Shown: positions 63,480 to 64,000 of the stretch, piece after piece
Layout of the letters: each line of letters begins with the position of its first letter
How positions within the stretch are numbered: position 1 is the first letter of the stretch
Assembly (NCBI RefSeq): GCF_018977255.1
Contig: NW_024704742.1
Location: 117,182,001 to 117,246,000 of the forward strand
DNA length: 64,000 nt
Reading direction: 5' to 3'
From: Callorhinchus milii
Lineage: Eukaryota
Made by a program: the position numbers and the translations under genes
Notes under the pieces: generated by a model
The model's input: the letters and a program-made list of their open reading frames with translations, nothing else
What the model was told of the DNA's origin: nothing
Database searches by the model: none

Positions 63480-64000
63480 GTTATTGTTAAAATTTAATTT
63501 GCAAAGGAGGAAATAGCTTGCAAAAAGGGAAATTGAAAGAGATCTCGGGGTGTTAGTTGATTTATTGCTTATCATATCAAAACAGTAAGATGCAGCTTAT
63601 AAACAAGGCTAACCGGATCCTGGGATACATCAGTTGAGTTCAGATTCCCAAAAGTCACACTTGAGCTACATCGCTCTGTTCACACTGTACCTAGATACAA
63701 CATACAGTTCTGTCAGCTGCTGAATAAGGGGGCTGCCTAGGCCCCAGAGGCACTGCATAGGAGAGCAATAAAGGTGATCCCTGTGTTAGAGCAGTGAGCT
63801 GTGAAAAACAATCATAGTTAGGGTTCTTCAGTCTTGAAAAAAGTATTTCAGGGGGACCTAATAGAAGTATGCAAGATTTTAAATGGGATTGCTATAATAA
63901 ACCCAGAACAATACTTTTGGATGCACTGAGACAGCAATACAAGAGGCCACAGAATTAAGGGTGCAAAGGATAATTTGGCACCAGGAAATATTTCTTTATC
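63480..64000 (+). mobile_element. Old decayed CR1 fragment (runs off window); another at ~9880-10300
   Basis: ERDLGVLVD-like, ANRILGYI-like, FSLEK..GDLIEV.KILNG, TRGH motifs. Confidence 0.65.

Noticed and set aside
53913..64000. Nested protease-activated receptor gene (F2RL2 lies within IQGAP2 in mammals) or IQGAP2 exon 3
   Set aside because: No GPCR-like ORF and no recognisable CH-domain exon found in this part of the window

Overview
Eukaryotic (vertebrate) genomic DNA. The repeat content (Deu-domain tRNA-derived SINEs, abundant L2 and CR1 LINE fragments, LF-SINE-like relics, Penelope-type hairpin elements) suggests a cartilaginous fish, possibly a holocephalan; this is inference only. Two spliced protein-coding genes lie on the + strand. 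The first is SV2C, represented by its last six coding exons (2326-10782; GT-AG boundaries, consistent phases, ending ...LPDTRNQVLM*). The second is IQGAP2, represented by its first two coding exons (38239-38281 and 53813-53912; MYEESAAQLRPRYG|SIVDDERLSAEEMDERRHQNIAYEYLCHLEEAK). This matches the conserved vertebrate SV2C-IQGAP2 gene order. The rest is intron, probable 3'UTR and intergenic DNA full of decayed retroelements, and nearly all other ORFs in the track are TE fragments or noise. The most notable non-coding observations are: a TSD-flanked element carrying a degenerate minimal hammerhead ribozyme, with a palindromic sister copy; a young SINE whose tRNA-Ala-like head is clamped by an extra stem and whose tail copies a covarying L2 3' hairpin; an apparently chimeric LF-SINE/unknown-domain/L2-tail family; and a 125-bp duplication upstream of IQGAP2. 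No CRISPR array, prokaryotic system or intact autonomous element is visible. Repeat boundaries are approximate and all family assignments were made by eye.
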